Virus record (IMG/VR): IMGVR_UViG_3300020430_000035
Span: 1-38,932 of that record
Reading direction: 5' to 3' (one strand)
DNA length: 38,932 bases
DNA from: a virus
Taxonomy: Duplodnaviria; Caudoviricetes
Shown here one piece after another: positions 1-7,250 of the stretch (positions within the stretch are counted from its first letter, which is position 1; every line of letters starts with the position of its first letter). The notes under the pieces were generated by a model. The model ran no database searches. It saw only the letters and a program-made list of their open reading frames with translations, and was not told the origin of the DNA. The position numbers and the translations under genes are program-made.

Positions 1-276
1 TTGAGTGCGTGGGTTTACTTTGTGCAAAGTAGAAGTCACAAGAACGAAAAACTATACAAGCGATATGGTGGACATGAAGACACTTATAACATATCTACCG
101 TATCAGACCATCGTAAATGGTGTGAATATTTACAAGACGATATCTATTGTCCTAATTGTGATGGTGTTCTTACCTACAATAACAATGGAGTTTATCATTG
201 TGATGGTTGTATGGATACTATTGCAGACACTTACTATGAAGAAGATATTAGGGGCTTTAACAATCCCCTATTTTAA
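1..276 (+). CDS. hypothetical Zn-ribbon protein (possibly 5'-truncated)
   Basis: ORF from the window edge; CPNC...CDGC Cys pairs. Confidence 0.6.
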   Translation: MSAWVYFVQSRSHKNEKLYKRYGGHEDTYNISTVSDHRKWCEYLQDDIYCPNCDGVLTYNNNGVYHCDGCMDTIADTYYEEDIRGFNNPLF

Positions 277-285
277 TTTTAATTA

Positions 286-301
286 AAACACTAAAACTAT
301 G
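286..301 (+). repeat. 16-bp direct repeat copy 1, translation-initiation leader AAACACTAAAACTATG
   Basis: Identical to 495-510; ends in the ATG of ORF 299. Confidence 0.9.
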
Positions 302-496
302 ACAATTAGAAAACTTATTCAAGAACTTAAAAAAATTAAGGATAAAGATTCACAAATAAGAATTGCATTACCTTATTATATTGACAAACAAATTGATTAT
401 GAAAATTTGTGGTTAACAAATAAAATAGACATCCATGAGAAAGGTACAGATGGTTACGAAGAACATGGAGAGATAGATATTTATACAACAACTTAA
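299..496 (+). CDS. hypothetical early protein
   Basis: 65-aa ORF, MTIRKLIQELKK N-terminus common in small phage proteins, A-rich leader. Confidence 0.75.
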   Translation: MTIRKLIQELKKIKDKDSQIRIALPYYIDKQIDYENLWLTNKIDIHEKGTDGYEEHGEIDIYTTT

Positions 497-510
497 ACAC
501 TAAAACTATG
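495..510 (+). repeat. 16-bp direct repeat copy 2, translation-initiation leader
   Basis: Identical to 286-301; ends in the ATG of ORF 508. Confidence 0.9.
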
Positions 511-741
511 CAGAAAACAATTACGTTTCCGAGTGAACAAAAATGTAGCACAAAGAAACAATTTAGTAAATACCTAAACTTTTATAAAGATGAAAGTTTT
601 GATGTAACGGACACACCGAGATTACCTTACAAAAAAGAAAAATCGGTTTCGATTAGTGGAGACGTACAAGCCTTTATTAATCTATTACAAATGGATGATG
701 TTCAAAAAGCTAAAATAGTAAAGGAGGTAAGTAATGGATAA
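508..741 (+). CDS. hypothetical early protein
   Basis: 77-aa ORF packed in an operon. Confidence 0.7.
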   Translation: MQKTITFPSEQKCSTKKQFSKYLNFYKDESFDVTDTPRLPYKKEKSVSISGDVQAFINLLQMDDVQKAKIVKEVSNG

Positions 742-1081
742 CTACAAAAAACTTTTTGAATATAATAAAAATCTTCTTGACATAATAGAGATGCAAAATC
801 CTAGAGCAGTACAAGAGGCTCTTGATTATCATGCTGAAGAAAAAAAAGAAAATGTTCAAGACGAATTATTAAAGGAATGGGACGGCTCTTTAGTAAAAAC
901 TAAGGATGGCATGATATGTAAAGTTACTTACATAGATGTATTAGATGGTGCTTATGATTATAATTCCGATACTGTAGATGATGAATCTGTAGAATGTGAA
1001 TGTGAAGAGGATGACAATGTAACATTTTCACTAAAGTATGCTAAAGAAAATTTAGTAAGAAAGGGGGAAAGTGATGAGTGA
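734..1081 (+). CDS. acidic hypothetical protein
   Basis: D/E-rich ORF; AAGGAGGT at 721-728 upstream. Confidence 0.75.
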   Translation: MDNYKKLFEYNKNLLDIIEMQNPRAVQEALDYHAEEKKENVQDELLKEWDGSLVKTKDGMICKVTYIDVLDGAYDYNSDTVDDESVECECEEDDNVTFSLKYAKENLVRKGESDE

Positions 1082-1304
1082 TAAATTTAACACAGTACCT
1101 AATTCTGATTTCATGGAAGTAGTAGATGAAATAACCTCACAGTTAGTATATGAGAGTTTTGGAGAAGATGCTTATGATGTTCCTCAAGATGACGATGATA
1201 TCAATAAGTTAACAGAAGACGCACAAGATTTTTATAATACTAGATATGATGAGATTGAATCTTTACTTATAAGGTTTTTAAAACTTAAAATAACAGACAA
1301 ATGA
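1071..1304 (+). CDS. acidic hypothetical protein (start 1071 or 1074)
   Basis: D/E-rich ORF; AAGGGGGA at 1061-1068. Confidence 0.75.
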   Translation: MMSDKFNTVPNSDFMEVVDEITSQLVYESFGEDAYDVPQDDDDINKLTEDAQDFYNTRYDEIESLLIRFLKLKITDK

Positions 1305-1459
1305 AAAAGTTACACGAATTAAATTATGATGAGTTAAAAGAGTTGTTAGATGCTAAAAAACAACAACAACTAGCAATAGGGTTTGGAACTAAAGATATTT
1401 GGTATATGCAAATGATAGAGGAAGAACTAAATAAAAGAGAGGGGGTTGATTATGAGTAA
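1301..1459 (+). CDS. hypothetical protein, 52 aa, absent from the ORF track (MKKLHELNYDELKELLDAKKQQQLAIGFGTKDIWYMQMIEEELNKREGVDYE)
   Basis: Hand translation; ATGA overlap with the previous stop; fills the operon gap exactly. Confidence 0.75.
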   Translation: MKKLHELNYDELKELLDAKKQQQLAIGFGTKDIWYMQMIEEELNKREGVDYE

Positions 1460-1646
1460 GGACATTACAGAATACCTAGATGATTATTGCTATGAAGTTT
1501 ATGGACACAAAGATTGGTTTTTTATAGATACAGAGCCTAAGTGGGTTATTGATAAACTTATAAAAAGTGGTACAATAGAATTACATAATCATAATATAGC
1601 AATATACATTAAAGATAGAAAGGGGGTTAGATATGGTAATAACTGA
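1452..1646 (+). CDS. hypothetical protein
   Basis: ATG at 1452 follows GAGGGGG (1439-1445); the track start 1446 is a TTG alternative. Confidence 0.7.
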   Translation: MSKDITEYLDDYCYEVYGHKDWFFIDTEPKWVIDKLIKSGTIELHNHNIAIYIKDRKGVRYGNN

Positions 1647-1869
1647 TAAAGAGTGGAAAGCTAAAAAGTTTTTAGAAAAAAAAGGGTGGCAAACTTTTAA
1701 TCTTTGGCACGTTGAGGATGTACTTGAAAGGTTTAATTGTTCTAAAGATACAGCTATGGAAATACTAATAGAATCTATGGAAAGCGAATCAACTATGGAA
1801 GTTATACATGATAATATTTCTATAATAGCAGGAGAAGTTCATAGGCTTAAAGAAAAAACACATGAGTAA
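1633..1869 (+). CDS. hypothetical protein
   Basis: AAGGGGG at 1620-1626 upstream; WHVEDV motif. Confidence 0.75.
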   Translation: MVITDKEWKAKKFLEKKGWQTFNLWHVEDVLERFNCSKDTAMEILIESMESESTMEVIHDNISIIAGEVHRLKEKTHE

Positions 1870-2071
1870 AATTAAAATAAAAAAGTTAAAAGAAACTTAC
1901 AAAGACTACGTTCTATTAGATGAAGTTGTAGAGTTTTCTATTGAAGAAGATGACAACAAATACTTGTGGGAGGGATATTGTGATGAAATAGATGTAGATT
2001 GTAAAGAAGCTGATGAAATAGTGTTGTTGGTTGTGGGCTTTAAAAGTAATAAGTTGAAACTAAACGATTAA
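1862..2071 (+). CDS. acidic hypothetical protein
   Basis: Operon-packed ORF. Confidence 0.7.
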   Translation: MSKIKIKKLKETYKDYVLLDEVVEFSIEEDDNKYLWEGYCDEIDVDCKEADEIVLLVVGFKSNKLKLND

Positions 2072-2073
2072 TT

Positions 2074-2277
2074 ATGAAATACACACAAATAAATGATGTA
2101 GATAAGTATGGTTCTAATATCCTTAGACAATTTAAAATTAATTACAGAACTAGGATGTCACAACATGAGTATCATCCCGTTCTTTGTAAACATTCTATTA
2201 AGGTAATGAAAAAAGAACTTAAAGATTGTTTGGACTTTTTAGAGGTAGAAAAAAAATCAAAATTGTTTGTTGAATAG
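2074..2277 (+). CDS. hypothetical protein
   Basis: Last ORF before a strong terminator. Confidence 0.7.
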   Translation: MKYTQINDVDKYGSNILRQFKINYRTRMSQHEYHPVLCKHSIKVMKKELKDCLDFLEVEKKSKLFVE

Positions 2278-2299
2278 CAAACATTGTTTTATGTGTTTC

Positions 2300-2327
2300 G
2301 GGGGGACTTTTGTCCCCCCTTTTTTTT
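2300..2327 (+). terminator. intrinsic terminator
   Basis: GGGGGGAC-TTTT-GTCCCCCC perfect 8-bp stem followed by T8. Confidence 0.9.
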
Positions 2328-2347
2328 AATGACCATACGACAGTATT

Positions 2348-2373
2348 ACAAACAATTATATCTAATTGTTTGT
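2348..2373. repeat. 11-bp perfect inverted repeat upstream of the recombinase (operator or recombination-site candidate)
   Basis: ACAAACAATTA-tatc-TAATTGTTTGT. Confidence 0.7.
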
Positions 2374-2444
2374 TATTGTAATTATTTATAAGTAAATTGT
2401 TAATCTATTTGAATTATTATTAATTTATATTAAACAAGCAATTT

Positions 2445-2479
2445 TGAGAGTGAAGTTTTCTTTGCTCTCATTTTTGTTT
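2445..2479 (+). terminator. terminator-like hairpin immediately before the recombinase start
   Basis: TGAGAGTGAAG...CTTTGCTCTCA stem with G-U pairs, then TTTTTGTTT. Confidence 0.5.
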
Positions 2480-2483
2480 ACAT

Positions 2484-3626
2484 ATGAAAAACACACTTAG
2501 CAACCTTTCGTTAAAAAACAAATACACTTTAAGTGATGCTATACAAAACTTTGTTACACAGAAATATCACGTAACAAAAGGAACACAAAGAGCAGACATT
2601 ACAATAAAGTCTTATAAAACAATATCTAACATACTTTTAAAAACAATTCAAAAACATAAAGTAGATTATGATTTGTTACAATTAAATCTAAATAAATATT
2701 TAGACGACCCAATCAAATCAAATGAAATCAAAAACAAATACAAAAAAATATCTGAGGTAATAAAAAGCGAATCACAACACTTATCACACAACACTTTACA
2801 AAAAAGATTAAACATCTTAAAATATAGTTTGTACTCAGCTGAAAAAGATATGACAATAAAAACTTATGTAGTGCCGTTTGATATGAAATCCAAATCAACA
2901 AAGCGTCAAGTGATGAGTGCGTCAGCTTTCAAGACTACAATTAAAAATGCGTTTTTAGTATTGCGTCAGCAGGAAGGTGAAAAAATAAGAAGGAAGCAAT
3001 GTCCTGCTTCAGGAAAATTTATCAAATCACCTGAACAAATAAGTCAGGCAGGAGATGTAAAAATGATGAAGCGAGGAGCGTTTGCTTTTCTTTTAGTGGC
3101 ATTTACGAGTGCAAGAATTAAAGATGTTATGTCTTGGAGGTTTACTAAAAACATTAGTATTAACAAACATCATTATATTCTTTCTTACAAACCCAACAAA
3201 ACAAAACATACTGTTATTGATATACCCTTGCCACTACAACTAAACGGATACATAAATCATTTGATACGTAACAATGACCATCCGATGAAAGATTATTTTT
3301 TAGATAATCTATCTTATACACATTTGTTAAAGTGCTTTAGGTGTTTTATTAAATCAATCCCCGAACTAAATCAAAATGTTTCTGTACATAAAGACCTATC
3401 AAATGGGGAAGTGATTACTAAACAAAAAAAACTATATGAAATACTTACCTTTCATAATATACGTGCTACATTTATTACGCAAATGGTTGAGAAAGGCATA
3501 GACCTAGAAACTATTATGAACTTTAGTGGACACACTAACATACAAACACTTTCACAGAAGTATACAAACATAAGCGATGAACACAAAGGCAAAATGTATC
3601 AAAAATTTATGTCTGAAATCTTATAG
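2484..3626 (+). CDS. tyrosine recombinase / phage integrase
   Basis: Catalytic set visible: SARIKD (R), PNKT (K), HNIR (HxxR), SGHTN (H), QKY (Y). Confidence 0.9.
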   Translation: MKNTLSNLSLKNKYTLSDAIQNFVTQKYHVTKGTQRADITIKSYKTISNILLKTIQKHKVDYDLLQLNLNKYLDDPIKSNEIKNKYKKISEVIKSESQHLSHNTLQKRLNILKYSLYSAEKDMTIKTYVVPFDMKSKSTKRQVMSASAFKTTIKNAFLVLRQQEGEKIRRKQCPASGKFIKSPEQISQAGDVKMMKRGAFAFLLVAFTSARIKDVMSWRFTKNISINKHHYILSYKPNKTKHTVIDIPLPLQLNGYINHLIRNNDHPMKDYFLDNLSYTHLLKCFRCFIKSIPELNQNVSVHKDLSNGEVITKQKKLYEILTFHNIRATFITQMVEKGIDLETIMNFSGHTNIQTLSQKYTNISDEHKGKMYQKFMSEIL

Positions 3627-3695
3627 CTTATTTTAAATAATTAATTTCTAATGCAATAAATTTGTTTTTATTATAATAAATGTTTTTATTTGAGC

Positions 3696-3974
3696 ATGGA
3701 TAAAGAAGTGATGGATTTTTTAAATAAAACAATACATAACGCCTTTATTCAACACAGTAAAAAAACAAACCACAAAAGAGAAAACCTTGAATCTTTATTA
3801 CTGCTGAAACAACTTTTATCTTGTATCAGCAACTACAAAGATTTTTGTAACATAACAATAATGCAAAACAATATTAATGTCTCTTTTATTGATAAAGAAC
3901 ATCAAGTTATTAACACAACGTTCAATATTAATAAAGAAGATATTAGTAAAAATGCAGATAAATCAAACAATTAG
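3696..3974 (+). CDS. hypothetical protein
   Basis: ORF; ATG 3696 preferred over TTG 3690. Confidence 0.55.
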   Translation: MDKEVMDFLNKTIHNAFIQHSKKTNHKRENLESLLLLKQLLSCISNYKDFCNITIMQNNINVSFIDKEHQVINTTFNINKEDISKNADKSNN

Positions 3975-4227
3975 AATTCATAATTGGAATATCAATCTTG
4001 AGTTTGATATTGTAACTGATAAAAATGTTATGTGTAAGTTTTCAGATATTAAAAAATATATATCTGATAAACGACCAGACTTGATAAAGAAATACTTAAT
4101 CAAGTCAAAACTAAAGAAGAATGTAGATATAGAAAGAATTATAGCTTGGGATTCTTTAGTGACAGAATTAATTGAATGCAACTTATTAAAACATATTATA
4201 AATGAAATTCGAGACAGTAAATATTAA
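3952..4227 (+). CDS. hypothetical protein
   Basis: ATG 3952 with an A-rich leader minimises overlap (track start 3877). Confidence 0.55.
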   Translation: MQINQTIRIHNWNINLEFDIVTDKNVMCKFSDIKKYISDKRPDLIKKYLIKSKLKKNVDIERIIAWDSLVTELIECNLLKHIINEIRDSKY

Positions 4228-4609
4228 AGGAACGCCATACGTGATGGCAAAAGAAAGAATTAAGTATTTCAGAACCACTCCTATTTTTAAAGGTTGGTCT
4301 TTGAAAACAGAAATGATTTATCATACAGATGAAAAGGTAATATTTAAAACAGAGGCTTACGACACTAAAGGAACTTTAAGAGCAACGGGTCATGCCTTTG
4401 AATTAAAAGGCTCATCTTTTATAAACAAGACGAGCTATATAGAAAATTGTGAGACATCTTCAGTATCAAGATGTTTAGCTTTATTAAACATAGGCATTGA
4501 TGAAAGCGTTGCATCTTACGAAGAAGTAGCGAATGCAAAACTAAATCAGAATGGTCAAGCGAAACAAACGAACCCACTCCAAACAATCTCTCAAAACACT
4601 GTATCTTGA
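4202..4609 (+). CDS. putative single-strand annealing protein (Rad52/Sak-like)
   Basis: IKG.PYV..KERIKYFR and GHAFE..SSFINKTSYIENCETS.V.R.L..L.IGID motifs; lies next to the YqaJ exonuclease. Confidence 0.6.
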   Translation: MKFETVNIKGTPYVMAKERIKYFRTTPIFKGWSLKTEMIYHTDEKVIFKTEAYDTKGTLRATGHAFELKGSSFINKTSYIENCETSSVSRCLALLNIGIDESVASYEEVANAKLNQNGQAKQTNPLQTISQNTVS

Positions 4610-4859
4610 AATTTGGAATGAAAGACAACATAATTGTACGGTTTGTAAAAAGTATCTTTGGAATGAGCCAAAAGCACAGTTCTTCGCACACATATTATCC
4701 AAAGGAGCGTATCCAAGCTACAAATTCAAGAAAGAAAACATCACTATTCTTTGTTACGATTGCCATTATCGTTTTGACTTTGGGAGCAGTAAGGATGACA
4801 AAAGATTTAAATGGTTACACAAAGAAAAAGAGAGGCTCAAAAGAAAATATTACGAATGA
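4551..4859 (+). CDS. HNH endonuclease (NinG-like)
   Basis: CTVC...AHI...ENITILCYDCH. Confidence 0.8.
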   Translation: MVKRNKRTHSKQSLKTLYLEIWNERQHNCTVCKKYLWNEPKAQFFAHILSKGAYPSYKFKKENITILCYDCHYRFDFGSSKDDKRFKWLHKEKERLKRKYYE

Positions 4860-5911
4860 AGAAGTACGAGATTGACAATTATACACTTTACCCTTACTCA
4901 CATTTGTCTTATGAGGAATGGTTAGAGATAAGGAGTAGTTTTGGTTTAGCGTTAGGGGGTAGTGATATTAGCGTAGTAATGGGGGTTAATAAATATTCTA
5001 CCCTAGCTGAACTCTTTGACCAAAAACTTGGACTATCCAATCCCCCAAACTTACAGGGAAACAAATCTGTTTTTTGGGGCAACGCATTAGAAGATGTTGT
5101 TCTTGAAAAATCACAATACCTTGATATAGACCATAAAGATTCTTATTTAGATAATTCAGCACACGAAAGAAAGATGCGAAATCATGTCCCTTTTAATTAT
5201 ACTATACAAAATGACAACTTACATTGGTTATTTGCAAACGTAGACGGTTTATGGGTTGATGACAATGAAAAAACAATAGAGTCTAATTTAAAAAAAGGTA
5301 AACTACCTAACCCTAAAGCAATTATAGAAATCAAAACCATGAATAGAAATGTGTTTGATATGTGGGAAAACGGTATGCCAATAGGATACCTGTATCAGGT
5401 TCTTAGTTACCTGACACAGTATACCTTTATGAATGAAGAGATAGAAGGATACATTTTTTCTTTGGTAGCAGGTATAGAATTACATGGTTACAGAATTAGA
5501 TATGACGATGAAGTCATAAATGAAATGTTAGAGCGTTCAAGAGAGTTTTATGAGCTGTTACTTATGGGTCAAGACATAATACAAAACTCTTCAAATCCAG
5601 AACAAATGGAGCTTGGGTTACACGACATTAGACCAGAAGCTGATGGCTCACTAAGATATCAAGAATATATGAACAAAAAATATTTAGAGAGATTAGACAT
5701 CTCCAATATAGCAGAGGGAGACGATGCTATACAAGAAATTGCTGAAAAGTATGCAGAGCAAAATGCTTTCATAAAAGAAGCAAATAAACACAAACGACTA
5801 TATGGGAATCAAATTAGAGAAACTCTAGCTAAGATGAACGTAGGTCAAATTAATCTTCCGAAAGGGGGATATGTTAAATACAATAACAAATTAATTATAA
5901 AAGTTAAATAA
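4856..5911 (+). CDS. YqaJ / lambda-exonuclease family recombination nuclease
   Basis: EWL..R...LGGSD....GVNKY, WG..LE, ANVDG, IEIKT, Y..QV..Y; ATGA overlap at 4856. Confidence 0.88.
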   Translation: MKKYEIDNYTLYPYSHLSYEEWLEIRSSFGLALGGSDISVVMGVNKYSTLAELFDQKLGLSNPPNLQGNKSVFWGNALEDVVLEKSQYLDIDHKDSYLDNSAHERKMRNHVPFNYTIQNDNLHWLFANVDGLWVDDNEKTIESNLKKGKLPNPKAIIEIKTMNRNVFDMWENGMPIGYLYQVLSYLTQYTFMNEEIEGYIFSLVAGIELHGYRIRYDDEVINEMLERSREFYELLLMGQDIIQNSSNPEQMELGLHDIRPEADGSLRYQEYMNKKYLERLDISNIAEGDDAIQEIAEKYAEQNAFIKEANKHKRLYGNQIRETLAKMNVGQINLPKGGYVKYNNKLIIKVK

Positions 5912-5912
5912 C

Positions 5913-6083
5913 ATGGAAAAATTAATTTACAAACATGATGAACTTTGTGAATCTTTAGGACTTTCTAAATACCAACTTGGTCAATATAGAAAAGACGGTA
6001 AGATTCAAGCCATTGAAAATAGACGACCACTTATGTTTAAAAAAGATGAAGTTGAACGCTTTATAAGAGAAGAATTGTCGTGA
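5913..6083 (+). CDS. excisionase-like (MerR/HTH_17) DNA-binding protein, 56 aa, absent from the ORF track
   Basis: MEKLIYKHDELCESLGLSKYQLGQYRKDGKIQAIENRRPLMFKKDEVERFIREELS has the winged-HTH Xis pattern; GTGA overlap with the next gene. Confidence 0.75.
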   Translation: MEKLIYKHDELCESLGLSKYQLGQYRKDGKIQAIENRRPLMFKKDEVERFIREELS

Positions 6084-6475
6084 AAATTTTAGATGAACTA
6101 TACGAAGATAAAAATAAATTTACTCCTAGCTTAAATCTAAGAGATTTTGGTAAGGAGGAAGTAGAGACGTGGAATTCTATTGTCAATGCAATACGATTTA
6201 ATTTTGTATTGAAACCAACAGTAGATGATAAGTTTTTAGCAAAAAAATCAATAGAAGGAATTAAAACCCTTCCTCATTTGGTGATTATGTTTTTGTGTAA
6301 AACTCATGATGTTTCAGATAGATTGATGATTATTAACATGAATCTTACTGAAAAAAAATACAACGAATTTGAAAAAAGATTACAGTCTGGTATTCATAAA
6401 AATGAACCAAACCTATTAAGAAAAATACGATTATGTCAAAGATATCTGATAGAAGCAAAAAGAAAACGCAGATAA
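6080..6475 (+). CDS. hypothetical protein
   Basis: GTG start coupled to the previous stop. Confidence 0.7.
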   Translation: MKILDELYEDKNKFTPSLNLRDFGKEEVETWNSIVNAIRFNFVLKPTVDDKFLAKKSIEGIKTLPHLVIMFLCKTHDVSDRLMIINMNLTEKKYNEFEKRLQSGIHKNEPNLLRKIRLCQRYLIEAKRKRR

Positions 6476-6792
6476 AGAGCCACGAAAGAGGAGCAAGAGT
6501 AAAATTTGTAGATGATATTGTGGTAATTAAGAATAGAAAAACTGTAAAGTTTGTTGTAGATATATTTGAGAAGGATTTCAACTATATACCATATATGTTA
6601 GAAATGTATTGTTACGAAAGTGAAGTCATAAATGACGCTGTTACTATGAAAAAGAATGACTACATAATTGTGAGGTACAAAACTAAATCAAAAAAAAATA
6701 AAAAGACGGGACTGTTTTACACAACAAATACTTGTGTCAAAATTACACCCGCAACAGAAGAAATAATTTTAAATTTTAATAAACACTTATGA
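6433..6792 (+). CDS. putative OB-fold protein (DUF3127/SSB-like)
   Basis: Beta-strand pattern KFVV...LE...ND.I.V.Y..KSK...G.FYT; replication-module context. Confidence 0.45.
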   Translation: MSKISDRSKKKTQIKSHERGARVKFVDDIVVIKNRKTVKFVVDIFEKDFNYIPYMLEMYCYESEVINDAVTMKKNDYIIVRYKTKSKKNKKTGLFYTTNTCVKITPATEEIILNFNKHL

Positions 6793-7136
6793 ATTATAAT
6801 AACAACTCAGGAAATCAAACTCAAGGAGTAGATTTCAAGAATATGATTAACCATTACGTAGGAAATGGACAACAGAAAAACCCTAACTATGATATCGTAG
6901 GATTTAGACTTTATCTAGATAATGTCAATCAAGACGTTAGGCAAGATGAAAAAGGTAGAAACTACGTTGATTTAAATGTGGGTAGAAAAAAAGCAGTAGA
7001 CCAATTTGGATGGACACACAGTGTGTGGGTCAAAAGAATGGGTCAAGCTCAACAGCAACAACCAATACAACAACAACAACCAACGCAATCACAAGGAGGC
7101 ACTCAGCAATACAATAATGAGAACGTTCCGTTTTGA
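6789..7136 (+). CDS. putative single-stranded DNA-binding protein
   Basis: Compact core, Q-rich linker and an SSB-type C-terminal tip (ENVPF); upstream of the primase-helicase. Confidence 0.7.
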   Translation: MNYNNNSGNQTQGVDFKNMINHYVGNGQQKNPNYDIVGFRLYLDNVNQDVRQDEKGRNYVDLNVGRKKAVDQFGWTHSVWVKRMGQAQQQQPIQQQQPTQSQGGTQQYNNENVPF

Positions 7137-7140
7137 TGCA

Positions 7141-7222
7141 ATACTTACAGTATTATATATATTCTATACTTATAAAGTATAGAATATATAATACTTAAAG
7201 TATAAAGTAATACTTATAGTAT
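7141..7222. promoter_or_regulatory. palindromic AT-rich element, candidate replication origin
   Basis: Four ATACT-N3-5-AGTAT units nested in a ~47-bp near-perfect inverted repeat (7149-7195). Confidence 0.55.
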
Positions 7223-7250
7223 AATTAAAAAATAAATAAAAAAATTAAAT

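Noticed and set aside
249-280. TAGGGG-N10-CCCCTA hairpin with a T-rich tail
   Set aside because: Short stem and large loop inside coding sequence; too weak to call a terminator
5-286. Hydrophobic alternative frame over ORF 1-276
   Set aside because: The Zn-ribbon frame is more protein-like; this frame looks like an off-frame artefact
4606-4875. Alternative + frame ORF
   Set aside because: Overlaps the HNH frame, which has clear motifs and ATGA coupling
7046-7110. CAA-rich microsatellite-like tract
   Set aside because: Explained by the Gln-rich SSB linker
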